Source: Candidatus Methanomethylicia archaeon
GTDB taxonomy: Archaea > Thermoproteota > Methanomethylicia > Nezhaarchaeales > B40-G2
Direction of reading: 5' to 3'
Length of the DNA: 64,000 bases
NCBI GenBank assembly: GCA_029259155.1
Contig: JAPDJI010000017.1
Location: 64,001-128,000 of the forward strand
The notes under the pieces were generated by a model. The model worked only from the letters and a program-made list of their open reading frames with translations. It was not told where the DNA came from and made no database searches. This document shows positions 28,591 through 38,670 of this stretch, in pieces (position 1 is the first letter of the stretch; each line of letters starts with the position of its first letter). Made by a program: the position numbers and the translations under genes.

Positions 28591-28902
28591 TTAACCTTGA
28601 TGTAAGACTCTCTTCACGTGGGAGAGGGGGAGTGGATGGATTGATTTTACGCTTAGATGTATGGCTTGGCCATAATCGTTAGAGTGTATAAGCGTTATGC
28701 TGCACGGTACAGTTAGGGTGAAGCCCTTTACAGCTTCCTCTCCATTTAGATTGATGGGCTGCTCTTCCTCCTTGTCCTTGTTTAACTCTTTTTCTTCAAG
28801 GTTTTTCTTCTTCAAAGCCTTCCTAGCCGTAAGCATGTTGTATATAATCGGTGTTAATCCCATGGTGACGTATGTAGCTATGAGGCCAGCTTCTTCAATC
28901 AT
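28591..28902 (-). CDS. Hypothetical protein with N-terminal hydrophobic segment
   Basis: ATG after GGTGG SD; co-oriented upstream of the transporter. Confidence 0.5.
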   Translation of the reverse strand: MIEEAGLIATYVTMGLTPIIYNMLTARKALKKKNLEEKELNKDKEEEQPINLNGEEAVKGFTLTVPCSITLIHSNDYGQAIHLSVKSIHPLPLSHVKRVLHQG

Positions 28903-29103
28903 CTATGCCACCTATCAAAGAGTTTTCTGAAGGTTGATTAATAAGGGTGGTGAGGTTAACTACGTCAAATACTTCTCTGGAATATCAGAGGAATACAATA
29001 GGAGTTGTACATGAGCCTCTCCTTATCGCTCTCCTCTCAGTCTAGTTGAACTATATCCATAAACTCCACAAAGCTAAAACCTGTCACGAGTTAACTTTAC
29101 TCG

Positions 29104-30225
29104 ATGATTGGTAGGTATTCGAGACCCTTCGTCGTGCGCCTGCTTCTTTTAATTTTAATCACTGTATTCTCTCTAACAGCTCTTTTACTCCTGCGCGCCC
29201 CTCCTACAAGCCATGAAGCATCTACTTTTCTTTATAAATTAAACGTTACGTTGACCAACAACGGCACGCAGCCTATGCCCCTAGAAGGCTTAACCTTGAT
29301 TACCATCTTCCCTAATAGTTCTCGACAGCGTGTTTTAGTTGAACGTGTAAGTTATTACCTTAACGGAGATGAACTTAACGGTTATAGCTTCCAAAAAAGC
29401 CCAGAAGGTAACACAATATTGAACCTGACAGGGGCACCTGCGTTCCTTCCCCCTAGGTCTTGTCTAAGAGTATACCTTGAACTGTCCATTAATCTTCAAA
29501 CAACAATTATGAACTTAACCACCCCTCTAATCCCTGAAGAGTCCCAGCTCCTTGACGATATTCCAGCTGAGCTCAAAGAAAAGTTCTGTAACTCCACAGA
29601 TCTATGGAATACTCAAGACCCTGAATTAAGCCGCTTAGCTTCTTTCTTGAGCGGCGATGAAAGGGTGTTAAATGTAATATATAACTTCCTAACATGGATT
29701 GACGATAATATCAAGTACCCTTCTGAGCGTGAAGATACCGAACACATAGTATGGTATCCTAACCAGACATATGTGGAGCGCGAAGGAGATTGTGATGATA
29801 GGGCTAATCTCTTCATAACTCTATGTCGATGCGTGGGAATACCGAGCTATCTGCAGTATGGCGCCATATATGAACCAGGTTCTATGTCCTTTAGTGAATA
29901 TTTTGGTTCAAGGTATAGACACATTATGTACGGGATGGGTAGACATGGCTGGGCTATGTCTTATGTTCCACCATGGGGTTGGCTACCTATCGATTTTACT
30001 TACTTTGAAGGGCTGTCTCTGGTGGGGATTAATGGATCTCTATATTTGAAGGCCTCTAAACCCTCAGACCATATCATTGGCTCCGCTTTATTCACGGACT
30101 CGGTTATAGTAGAGGGTAATATAACTGTAAGTGACTATATGGCTTCAAACCTTAAGATCGCCGAGCTCCTCGCTAACTATGATGCTTATATGATTGAGGA
30201 AGAAGCCTTACTTCCTCATCCCTAA
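29104..30225 (+). CDS. Membrane-anchored or secreted transglutaminase-like protein
   Basis: N-terminal TM; GDCDD..LF.TLCR..GIP, HGW, GWLPID Cys-His-Asp triad. Confidence 0.85.
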   Translation: MIGRYSRPFVVRLLLLILITVFSLTALLLLRAPPTSHEASTFLYKLNVTLTNNGTQPMPLEGLTLITIFPNSSRQRVLVERVSYYLNGDELNGYSFQKSPEGNTILNLTGAPAFLPPRSCLRVYLELSINLQTTIMNLTTPLIPEESQLLDDIPAELKEKFCNSTDLWNTQDPELSRLASFLSGDERVLNVIYNFLTWIDDNIKYPSEREDTEHIVWYPNQTYVEREGDCDDRANLFITLCRCVGIPSYLQYGAIYEPGSMSFSEYFGSRYRHIMYGMGRHGWAMSYVPPWGWLPIDFTYFEGLSLVGINGSLYLKASKPSDHIIGSALFTDSVIVEGNITVSDYMASNLKIAELLANYDAYMIEEEALLPHP

Positions 30226-30301
30226 GGTTTTTTTATGATTTTGGACGATGGAAAAGCAGTTTTTAAACTAGGAAGTAGGTTGTAAGTATCTTTGAGGATC
30301 T

Positions 30302-30823
30302 ATGCACGTACTAGACGCAATAAAGACGAGGAGAAGTGTAAGGGCTTTTAGGCCTGAGCCCATACCTGATGATCTTCTTACAAAGGTGCTCGAGGCTGGG
30401 ACATGGGCTCCTTCAGCAGGAAATCTACAGCCGTGGGAGTTTATAGTGGTTAAGAGTCAGGAGATGAAGGTTAAAATAGCTAGGGCTGCTCTACATCAAA
30501 TGTGGATAACTGAGGCTCCGGTTGTTGTGGTGGCGTGTGCTAATGAGAAAAGATCTGAAATGGGATATGGGGAGAGAGGTAGAGCTTTCTACTGTATATG
30601 TGATGTCTCTGCGGCGGTTCAGAACATGCTTTTGGCTATACATGCTCTCGGCTTGGCTTCGTGTTGGATTGGAGCTTTCGATGACTATGAGCTCTCAGAA
30701 GTACTCAAGCTACCTCCTGGTGTAAGGCCTATAGCAATTCTTCCTATAGGCTATGGAAGAGAAGCTCCGCGTTCACCGCCTAGAAGACCTTTAAGCTCTG
30801 TTATTCATCTTGAACACTACTAG
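30302..30823 (+). CDS. Nitroreductase family flavoprotein
   Basis: TRRSVRAF, APSAGNLQPWEF, QNMLLA..LGLASCWIG. Confidence 0.93.
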   Translation: MHVLDAIKTRRSVRAFRPEPIPDDLLTKVLEAGTWAPSAGNLQPWEFIVVKSQEMKVKIARAALHQMWITEAPVVVVACANEKRSEMGYGERGRAFYCICDVSAAVQNMLLAIHALGLASCWIGAFDDYELSEVLKLPPGVRPIAILPIGYGREAPRSPPRRPLSSVIHLEHY

Positions 30824-30849
30824 TTTCCTTAGAGTTGGGGGTTTGTCTT

Positions 30850-31380
30850 TTGTCTGATGAAGCTAAGGAGCTTGCCGAATTAAAGAGGTATTTGGAAGAA
30901 AAACTCTCGTCTCTTCAGAGAGAAGTTGAAAACTTAAAAGCGATAATAAAGCTTGTAGACGAAGCTCTTTCAAAGACGAGTTTTAAGCCAGCCTTGGAGT
31001 TAATGGAGCTTCCACCCTCAACCGAGGAAAATGTTATGTTAATAACCACAAGGGATGGCAAGGTATTGGGGAAGGTATATGTAGGTGAAGATTATATGAG
31101 GGTTGAACCATCACCTGATCTGGATCTAGACATCAACATTTCCCCCTTCAAGCCTTTTCTCATCGATAAGGTCTTGGAGTCCATGAAGGCTAAGGATAGA
31201 GAAGCTGCTGAGAGAGGTTTGATAGATCCTGATAAAGTGATGGATTATCGCGTGCATACTGAAGGAGACAAGCTGAAGTACATCTTGGTAAAGAATGTAG
31301 TTGACGAACGTAGGGTAAGGGAGATTAGAAGCGCCGTCAGATGGACCTTTGAACGTATGCTTGAAAGGATGCGAAGATAA
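30850..31380 (+). CDS. Hypothetical protein with N-terminal coiled coil
   Basis: TTG after GGGGG SD; heptad-rich N-terminus; uninterrupted frame. Confidence 0.7.
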   Translation: MSDEAKELAELKRYLEEKLSSLQREVENLKAIIKLVDEALSKTSFKPALELMELPPSTEENVMLITTRDGKVLGKVYVGEDYMRVEPSPDLDLDINISPFKPFLIDKVLESMKAKDREAAERGLIDPDKVMDYRVHTEGDKLKYILVKNVVDERRVREIRSAVRWTFERMLERMRR

Positions 31381-31474
31381 GCCTCTTAGATTACCTGCTT
31401 TATCCATTTATTGAATCGAGGAACCGCTGGGATTAAAAGGCTTTTTTGGTGGGTGCAGATGGTGATGTAGCCGA

Positions 31475-31903
31475 ATGCAGCGGTGTGAAAAACGAAGAGC
31501 AGTATCTCCTGTGATAGCTACACTTATCATGGTGGCTGTTGCGATATCGTTAGGCTCCTTCGCCTACTGGTACACCGTAAGTTACACTAAGACCTCCACG
31601 CAAACAGTCTCCTTGGTTATCGACGCAACGGCCACCAATAGTTCATCAGGCAGCTCACTCCAAGTTATCTTGAGAAATATAGGAGCTACCCCTATAATGG
31701 TGGAGAAACTTCTAGTATTCCATGAACATGGTAACCACATAGTCGACGTTAATGCTGCGCTCAATGCAGGCAGTACCCTATCCTTGTCTTTCACGGAAGA
31801 CGATGTGCCCGACATGACCTTCATAGCTGGCAAGAGCTATACTATATTAGTCAAGACAGATGTAGGCAATTTCTCCTCCACCACTTACTGTGTGAGCGGG
31901 TGA
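31475..31903 (+). CDS. Archaeal type IV pilin
   Basis: Class III signal KRRA|VSPVIATLIMVAVAI. Confidence 0.9.
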   Translation: MQRCEKRRAVSPVIATLIMVAVAISLGSFAYWYTVSYTKTSTQTVSLVIDATATNSSSGSSLQVILRNIGATPIMVEKLLVFHEHGNHIVDVNAALNAGSTLSLSFTEDDVPDMTFIAGKSYTILVKTDVGNFSSTTYCVSG

Positions 31904-31910
31904 AGACTTC

Positions 31911-32381
31911 GTGACTCGTCAATCCTTTATTTTTACTCTAAGAGGAGTCTCACCTATAGTTTCGGTTTTATTAATGGTTGGCGTAGCTCTAGCTTTAGGT
32001 GGCTTTGTAAGCTTATACATGACATCCTATGTTTCATCTACCTCTCGTGTCGTAGGGATCTCTATCACTGATGCCGCTCTCATCAAGTTGAATGACCACA
32101 TCTACCTGTCTATTACTGTTAGGAATACTGGCAGCGTACCATGTCAGCTGTATAACATCACCGTGCATACCTCTAACAAGGTCTACTACGTGACCCAACC
32201 GTTCAACATAAACCTCTCCCCTGGAGGAACTATCACTGTAACGGAGGCTGATCTACTAACCCACGGCTGCGTCTTAAATCCCAATGACTTTGAGTTAGGT
32301 AGCAGTTACCTTGTTAGGGTATATGTCAAGAGCGGGGAAGAGCTGGTTTCATACTCCATAACGGTCGTCTGTCAAGGGTGA
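31911..32381 (+). CDS. Archaeal type IV pilin
   Basis: Class III signal RG|VSPIVSVLLMVGVAL; ITVRNTGS. Confidence 0.9.
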   Translation: MTRQSFIFTLRGVSPIVSVLLMVGVALALGGFVSLYMTSYVSSTSRVVGISITDAALIKLNDHIYLSITVRNTGSVPCQLYNITVHTSNKVYYVTQPFNINLSPGGTITVTEADLLTHGCVLNPNDFELGSSYLVRVYVKSGEELVSYSITVVCQG

Positions 32382-32386
32382 TCTAA

Positions 32387-32836
32387 ATGAACATAAGGCT
32401 TCTTTTACACCGTAAGGGCGTATCTGAAGTTGTTGGCGCTCTTACTTTGACCCTCATAACCATAGTGTTCATGTCCCTCGTGGCGAGCAACTATCTTGGC
32501 CGTTCTCGATCTACGACCTCAGTTTTCATTAGTCAACTTGAAGCTGAGCAGAGGAGTTTAATGGAGAAGTTCTGTGTAATCGATGCCTGTTTTAATGATG
32601 GCGTTACTCTTTGGGTCTTTAATAATGGTAAGGTGAGGTGCGAACTTGTTGAGGTTCTCGTAGGAGGGTATAGATTCCAGCTTAACCCTCACTTAGTTAT
32701 TGAACCCTACGAAGTCCAGCCTTTACACCTCGAGTTTCCATGGACAGAGGGCTCATGCTACGTTTTCGTGTTGAGATCTTCTAGCGGAGGTGTTTTTAGG
32801 TATGAGGTCAAGGCGCCGTCAAGTACGTGGGATTAG
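32387..32836 (+). CDS. Minor type IV pilin
   Basis: Class III signal RKG|VSEVVGALTLTLITI. Confidence 0.85.
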   Translation: MNIRLLLHRKGVSEVVGALTLTLITIVFMSLVASNYLGRSRSTTSVFISQLEAEQRSLMEKFCVIDACFNDGVTLWVFNNGKVRCELVEVLVGGYRFQLNPHLVIEPYEVQPLHLEFPWTEGSCYVFVLRSSSGGVFRYEVKAPSSTWD

Positions 32837-35417
32837 CAGTATTATTGGAGGGCTAATACTAATGCTGCTTTTCATGTCCATGATATACTCCTTACTTACC
32901 ATTCAAAGGGAGCAGCAAGAATACTTCAATGCCTTAAAGGTCTATCACGAAGAAGAAGCGGAAAGAATAAGAGAAGATTTAGAGGTAAGTTTCGAGGATT
33001 TAGGTCAAGATATATTATTGAATGTTAAAAGCAGAGCACCTATTCCTGTTGAATTGTCGTACGTAGTCATAAACTATGGTGGTTTAAATGTAACGGTAAT
33101 AAAACTGACGAATAACACTCTCGGACCTGGACTTAATACTACTCTAGGCCCTTATCCTAAGTTGAGGGCAGACTCTCAACTGAGCGTGAAAGTAATAACC
33201 AGTAGAGGAAACGTTTTCGAGGCTTACCAAACACTTTTAGAAAGGAGAACCGTTGGAACATCAGTAGGTTCTCCTCCTACATATCCCTTCACAGGCTTTA
33301 GACAGTCCTCCTCAGGAGCTGTTAGATGCGCAGATGTGGACGACACAGGTAGATTTATTGCCTTCGCGGATGAAACGACGTTACACCTCTTAAGAAGAGA
33401 CGGTGAAGCTGTATTTAGCTACGAGATCGAAGACGGATACATCGCTCGCCGGGTTGAGGTCGTCGATGAAAACAACGTGGTTCTCCTCACCATTAAAGGC
33501 GACGAACACGCTAAGATTTACTGGGTTAGGGAAGGCGAGACTTACTGGTCATCTATACTACCTTTACCTGCTAGTGGAAGTTTCTTAAGTATAGAAAAGG
33601 GTGACCGAGTAACGATATATTATCTGACATGTAACGGTGAACTATATGTATTCAATGAAGATGGTACATCGCAGGCCATAACCTTAGGATTTAATGGTGA
33701 GGTCTTTGTATCCACGGACAACGATCTAACAGCCATAGTTTACGTCTCCACCTCAGGAAGTGGCCACCTCATGCTTCTGAAGGAAGGGTCGGTTTTAAGA
33801 GCTGTCGATATAGCTTGGCTTTCAGGAATATGTGCAGTTGACCTTGATGTAGAGTACGGTAGAGTCGTCGTTGGAAGCTCTTTAATAGGCATATACGATT
33901 TAAACTTAAGAGAACTGAAAACCATAGAGCTACCATCAAACAGCTACGTGTTCTGGTTGAAGTGCGAAGGAAATAGAATAGCAGCTAGCGTGATTTACAT
34001 AGATGCTTACTATTATGTCTCCTATTACTACACGAGGTGTATGGTCTATGACTATGAAGGAAACCTAATCTGGGATACTTCTCCGCGTTACGAAGGCAAC
34101 TCTTGGTACTACAGTATATACTCTTTCATACCCCTATATCCGGTTAAGGTCGATGTTAAAGGTAGAGTTTATGCTATATGGCCTAGCGGTAAATTAGGCG
34201 AAACAAACATTCTTCCCATCTATCAACCTGACGGTACTCTATACACGAGAGTCGAGTCAGAGTACGGGATGGTACATGTCTTTGACGTTAATGAGCATGG
34301 CTCCTTATTGGTATTAGGTACTGATGAAGGCTTACTTTACACTGGTATAGGCGAAAATTCTCCTGGCTTCGAGGTAACTTTAAGCCAAGAACAAATCACT
34401 GTAGCTAGGGATGGTTTTCCCAAGGAGTTAACAGTTGAGGTTGCTCCCTATGAAGGTTACTCAAGTAATATTGAGCTGGAAGTTTTAAGCTTACCTCAAG
34501 GCATAAATGTAGCGCTTGAATCTTCAACAGGTTCTCCACCTTTCACTTCCAGAATATTCATTCAAGCTAATGCTACGGCCAATACAGGTCAAAGCTTTAT
34601 CTTGCCAATAGTTGCAGTAGGAGAAGATGGTACAAGAGATGCAGCTTACTTAATACTTAATGTTGGGGAGGTAACCATAGTAAAGAGGTCCGAAGGACTT
34701 CTGCTACATTACACCTTTAACACTGAATGGAGATGGTTATCTACTGGCGAGGGCTTTGAGGCTTCTTTCGAACCGTCTCTGCGTCGGTATACTATTAGTT
34801 TCGATTCTGATGAACCGGTCTCAGGATGGGGAGGTATATATGAAGGGGTGTATGTGCCTGAAGATTATCCTGCACCGATACGAATAAGAGTGAAACTTTC
34901 AGACACTCAGGCTCTTGACCCTACTAAAGTTGGGCGGTTGACTAAGAGGATTCAGGTTTATAGCCAGTCGCTTGGCTGGAGGACAGTATATGAGGAAGAC
35001 GTAGCTGAAGATGATACTGAACCTGTCCTCATAGACGTAGAAGCAACTCCATGCTTTGCAAAAGGAGAAACCAACTTCATCTTCCTGCAGCTTTTCAGTT
35101 CAGGCTCAGCACCATTGAGAGCCTCAGTCTGCTTCATGTACGATCCTTATAATTCCAGCTTAACCATTTATGGCGAGGATGTAATACTCGTTAAGGGTTT
35201 AAAAGCCAACTTGAAAGTAGAGGTGTATAATGAATCGTGGTATTTACTAGCCAATGCCGTATGCCCCCCTGACAGCGATGAAGCGTTCGTTACACTAAAT
35301 GGTCTTGGCCCTTCCAGTTTTCAGGGTTACATCGTGGTTAAGGATGGAGATAATGTTCTTTGTCAAACTGGCCTGGTGTGGATTAGCGGAGGCGACGTCT
35401 ACCAAGTAAATCTTTAG
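32802..35417 (+). CDS. Large multidomain pilin-like protein (pilin + beta-propeller-like + Ig-like), probable adhesin
   Basis: RRRQVRG|ISSIIGGLILMLLF signal; pilin-like VKVITSRGNVF; repeated D..G beta-turn blades; FEVTLS..ITV..LPQGI..GSPPFTS Ig-like module; ATG at 32802. Confidence 0.75.
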   Translation: MRSRRRQVRGISSIIGGLILMLLFMSMIYSLLTIQREQQEYFNALKVYHEEEAERIREDLEVSFEDLGQDILLNVKSRAPIPVELSYVVINYGGLNVTVIKLTNNTLGPGLNTTLGPYPKLRADSQLSVKVITSRGNVFEAYQTLLERRTVGTSVGSPPTYPFTGFRQSSSGAVRCADVDDTGRFIAFADETTLHLLRRDGEAVFSYEIEDGYIARRVEVVDENNVVLLTIKGDEHAKIYWVREGETYWSSILPLPASGSFLSIEKGDRVTIYYLTCNGELYVFNEDGTSQAITLGFNGEVFVSTDNDLTAIVYVSTSGSGHLMLLKEGSVLRAVDIAWLSGICAVDLDVEYGRVVVGSSLIGIYDLNLRELKTIELPSNSYVFWLKCEGNRIAASVIYIDAYYYVSYYYTRCMVYDYEGNLIWDTSPRYEGNSWYYSIYSFIPLYPVKVDVKGRVYAIWPSGKLGETNILPIYQPDGTLYTRVESEYGMVHVFDVNEHGSLLVLGTDEGLLYTGIGENSPGFEVTLSQEQITVARDGFPKELTVEVAPYEGYSSNIELEVLSLPQGINVALESSTGSPPFTSRIFIQANATANTGQSFILPIVAVGEDGTRDAAYLILNVGEVTIVKRSEGLLLHYTFNTEWRWLSTGEGFEASFEPSLRRYTISFDSDEPVSGWGGIYEGVYVPEDYPAPIRIRVKLSDTQALDPTKVGRLTKRIQVYSQSLGWRTVYEEDVAEDDTEPVLIDVEATPCFAKGETNFIFLQLFSSGSAPLRASVCFMYDPYNSSLTIYGEDVILVKGLKANLKVEVYNESWYLLANAVCPPDSDEAFVTLNGLGPSSFQGYIVVKDGDNVLCQTGLVWISGGDVYQVNL

Positions 35418-37010
35418 ATGGGATGGGTGCTTTACATGGTTTCTAAGGCGTTAAAGCTCGTTAGCAAGATCATCAAGAAAAAGGAGAAGAACCCTCTTCA
35501 TGTTCCAATAATGTTTGAGCAGTCGCCTCTAATTTTCTGCACCATCGACAACGAGTATCTGAGAAACTTACAAGTTGTGGAGTGTTACCAACTCAGCGAT
35601 AGTAAGGTTAAGGTAACTATTGGAGTCAAAGAAGGGACAGGTTACTATTTAATAGAGGAACCAAAACTGAGCTACAGCGACTTATTATATTACGTTGCCT
35701 TAATGAAGGCACTTAAAACTACTGTTAAACCCTCTTCGCAGATGGATGAAGACCCAGCAGGATACCTTGAATCATACATAGATAAGGTTGCTGAAGAATA
35801 CGGTTTAGATATCATAACAGGAGAAGTTAGAGAAAAGATCTTGTACTACATAAGGAGGGATACGTTAAGATATGGTCCTCTAACTCCTTTATTGGAAGAC
35901 CCCAAAATAGAAGATATCTCAATCGAAGGTGTAAAGAAACCTGTTAGAGTGTTTCACCGAGATTTCAATGACCTAGACTGGTTAATAACTAACTTGAGGT
36001 TTGACGACGAACAGTTCATGGACCACTTTGTGGTCAAGCTTGTACACTTTTCAGGCAAGCATGTAAGCACTGCTTTCCCTATCGTCGATGCAGCCCTACC
36101 TGAAAACCATAGAATATCGGTCACCTACTCTCGTGAAATCACTCCCTTCGGCTCCTCTATTACTATAAGGAAATTTAGGGAAGAACCGTTAACCATCTGC
36201 GACCTGATAAAGTGGAGAACGATCTCTCCACTGATGTCGGCTTACTGGTGGCTCCTCCTAGAGCATAAAATGTTTTTAATGATAGTGGGGCCAATGGCTA
36301 GCGGAAAGACGACTCTTCTTAATGCTCTCGCCACGCTGCTTAAGCCTAATTGGAAAGTAGTCTCAATAGAGGATAACCCTGAACTCCGCCTTCCCCATAT
36401 AGGGTGGAAACCTCTTGTTGCCAGACATACCTACACCTTCGGTGAGTCGAGAACTGAGATTAAGCTCTTCGACCTCGTTAAGTTGAGTTTGAGGGAAAGG
36501 GCCGATTTCATCATAGTGGGGGAGGTAAGAGGAGAGGAAGCATACGCACTGGTTCAAGCAGCTGCTTCAGGACATGGATGTGCCTGTACCTTCCATGGTG
36601 AAAGCTTCCAAACCATGGTGCAGAGATTAACCTCACCTCCCATAAATGTAAGTGAGTCTTTCATACCTTTAATAAGCAATGTCGCCATAATCAAGAGACT
36701 TACACCACTTGGAGGTAAACCTGTTAGGAGAGTTGTCGAGGTTTCTGAGGTTTTAAGCTCCAAGGAGTGTAGGCCTATTTTCGTTTGGGAGCCTCATCTC
36801 GATGTTCATGTACCTTTAACCGCTGAGGAACTAGTTGAAAAAAGCATAGTCCTATCGAGGATAGCTAACCTCTCAGGATGGAGCTTGTCACAGCTCAAAA
36901 AGGAACTTAGTGAACGAGAGAAGTTCCTCAAAGACCTCGTCAGGAGGGGGATAACATCATTCAATGAAGTAGTAACCGAGCTTAGGGGTTTCTATACGAG
37001 GTGGGCTTAA
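35418..37010 (+). CDS. Type IV pilus assembly ATPase (PilB/ArlI-like)
   Basis: LEDPKIEDIS, ITIRKF, GPMASGKTT, IIVGEVRGEEA, GHG..TFH. Confidence 0.93.
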   Translation: MGWVLYMVSKALKLVSKIIKKKEKNPLHVPIMFEQSPLIFCTIDNEYLRNLQVVECYQLSDSKVKVTIGVKEGTGYYLIEEPKLSYSDLLYYVALMKALKTTVKPSSQMDEDPAGYLESYIDKVAEEYGLDIITGEVREKILYYIRRDTLRYGPLTPLLEDPKIEDISIEGVKKPVRVFHRDFNDLDWLITNLRFDDEQFMDHFVVKLVHFSGKHVSTAFPIVDAALPENHRISVTYSREITPFGSSITIRKFREEPLTICDLIKWRTISPLMSAYWWLLLEHKMFLMIVGPMASGKTTLLNALATLLKPNWKVVSIEDNPELRLPHIGWKPLVARHTYTFGESRTEIKLFDLVKLSLRERADFIIVGEVRGEEAYALVQAAASGHGCACTFHGESFQTMVQRLTSPPINVSESFIPLISNVAIIKRLTPLGGKPVRRVVEVSEVLSSKECRPIFVWEPHLDVHVPLTAEELVEKSIVLSRIANLSGWSLSQLKKELSEREKFLKDLVRRGITSFNEVVTELRGFYTRWA

Positions 37011-37011
37011 C

Positions 37012-38670
37012 GTGCATTTAGGGGCTAAGCTCAAGGGATTGACAGGGGTGAAATCTAATCCCCGCTTGATCAAACTCGCTAACCTCATTGCCAGCCGCGT
37101 AGAACAGGATCTTTCGAAAACGCTGTGGTTCATAGGACCTAGAGCATACTCCTTAAAGTTAATTAAGGTGGTTTTAACTTTAACCTTCATAACTGTCCTT
37201 ATCAGCCTCGTGCTTTATGGCTTCTTTAAGAACCCACTTTTTTTCTTAATCATACTCTCTCCTCTCATGATACTTCTTGCTGGTATCTATGCTCCTAAGG
37301 TGGCTTCCCTAGAACGTAAGGCAGCTATAGAGGCTGAACTACCTCTATTCAGTGTGTTAGCCTCAGTTATGTCGGTTTCAGGGCTTTCGCTAATCCGATC
37401 CTTCGACACGGTCTCTGAGACGAAGCTCTTTCCGGCCATCTCCAAGGAAGCTATGCTGATCAGGCGGAACTCTCTATACTTCAATAGAAGCCCGCTTGAA
37501 GCTTTAGAGGAGGTAGCTCGAAATCACCCCTCTGAGATTTTTAGGTTATGGATATTGGGGTATAGTAGTGTACTGAGGAGTGGAGGTGACGTAGCTTCTT
37601 ATCTAGCATCCAAAGCCAAGGATTTTCTAAGATCGGTAGAACGTAAGTGGATGGGGTATGCCAACACCACCAACGTCCTTGGCGAAGCCATACTGGCATT
37701 ATTCCTTTTAACTCCTATGGCACTCTCCTTAATGGCACTTGTCTTCGTAGGAGAAGTTAGCTTATGGCTAAGTGATTTATACAATTTCTTGGTAGTTCCA
37801 TCTTCAGCCCTGCTGGCATCTCTCTTTGTTCACCTCAGTCAACCTAAAACTTTTGATCGATACGACTTAGAGCCATGGATACCTCCCTCCCTCATAATGG
37901 GAACCTGTTCTCTGATTCCTTCCCTTACCTTACTAAGGCTTGAACTCTATGAAGCCCTCCTACTCTCCCTAATGGTATTGTCCTTCCCATTGGCTTATGC
38001 TTCAACTAAGCGGCTTAGAGCCTGCAATCAAGCTGAGAAGGTTCTTCCTGATTTTCTTAGAGACGTGACTGAGCATAGGAAGCTAGGTTTCGATGTAAAG
38101 GAAGCGGTGGTTAGGTTAAGTTATAGGCGCTATAATCAACACTTCGACCATTTACTTTCACAGATAAGACGTGCTCTCAGTTATGGAGCTTCATTTAAAG
38201 AGGCGGTGTTGTCAGTTAAGACCCCTTCATGGACCACTAGAGTAACCCTACTCATTATAGAGCAAGTAGCAGAAAGCGGTGGAGGTAGTCCAGTAGTATT
38301 GGAGACACTTGCGAATTATATTGGTGATTATTATGGTGCTAAGGTAGCTGGAAAGTCCGGTGTAAAGCTTCAGGCCTACATAGGTTATGGGGCTCCAGCT
38401 TTCATGGTGATGGGCATGCTTCTACTAAAATCTCTAGGAGAGCAGTTTTCCTCGGCTATAACCTCTCCACAACTAGCCTCCTTCTTCGCTGGCTATCAAC
38501 TCTTTTCCCAAGTCTTGTCATCCATAATGGTCACCATAGTGGTTTCCTCCTTTATTATAGGCGTGATAGTAGCCAAGGTATCTGATTTAACCTTCCTTAG
38601 TTTTAAGCATCCTCTTATCTGTCTTTCCTCAGCCGCAATCTCTATCAAGGTAACTCCTCTCCTCATATAG
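37012..38670 (+). CDS. Type IV pilus membrane platform protein (PilC/TadC/ArlJ-like)
   Basis: Two T2SS-F-like halves (ELPLF..SGGD; LPDFLRDV..SGG), multiple TMs; follows the ATPase. Confidence 0.88.
   Translation: MHLGAKLKGLTGVKSNPRLIKLANLIASRVEQDLSKTLWFIGPRAYSLKLIKVVLTLTFITVLISLVLYGFFKNPLFFLIILSPLMILLAGIYAPKVASLERKAAIEAELPLFSVLASVMSVSGLSLIRSFDTVSETKLFPAISKEAMLIRRNSLYFNRSPLEALEEVARNHPSEIFRLWILGYSSVLRSGGDVASYLASKAKDFLRSVERKWMGYANTTNVLGEAILALFLLTPMALSLMALVFVGEVSLWLSDLYNFLVVPSSALLASLFVHLSQPKTFDRYDLEPWIPPSLIMGTCSLIPSLTLLRLELYEALLLSLMVLSFPLAYASTKRLRACNQAEKVLPDFLRDVTEHRKLGFDVKEAVVRLSYRRYNQHFDHLLSQIRRALSYGASFKEAVLSVKTPSWTTRVTLLIIEQVAESGGGSPVVLETLANYIGDYYGAKVAGKSGVKLQAYIGYGAPAFMVMGMLLLKSLGEQFSSAITSPQLASFFAGYQLFSQVLSSIMVTIVVSSFIIGVIVAKVSDLTFLSFKHPLICLSSAAISIKVTPLLI

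Noticed and set aside
31475-38670. Archaellum operon
   Set aside because: No archaellin-type sequence, no ArlH/F/G and no chemotaxis genes; the subunits look like pilins.
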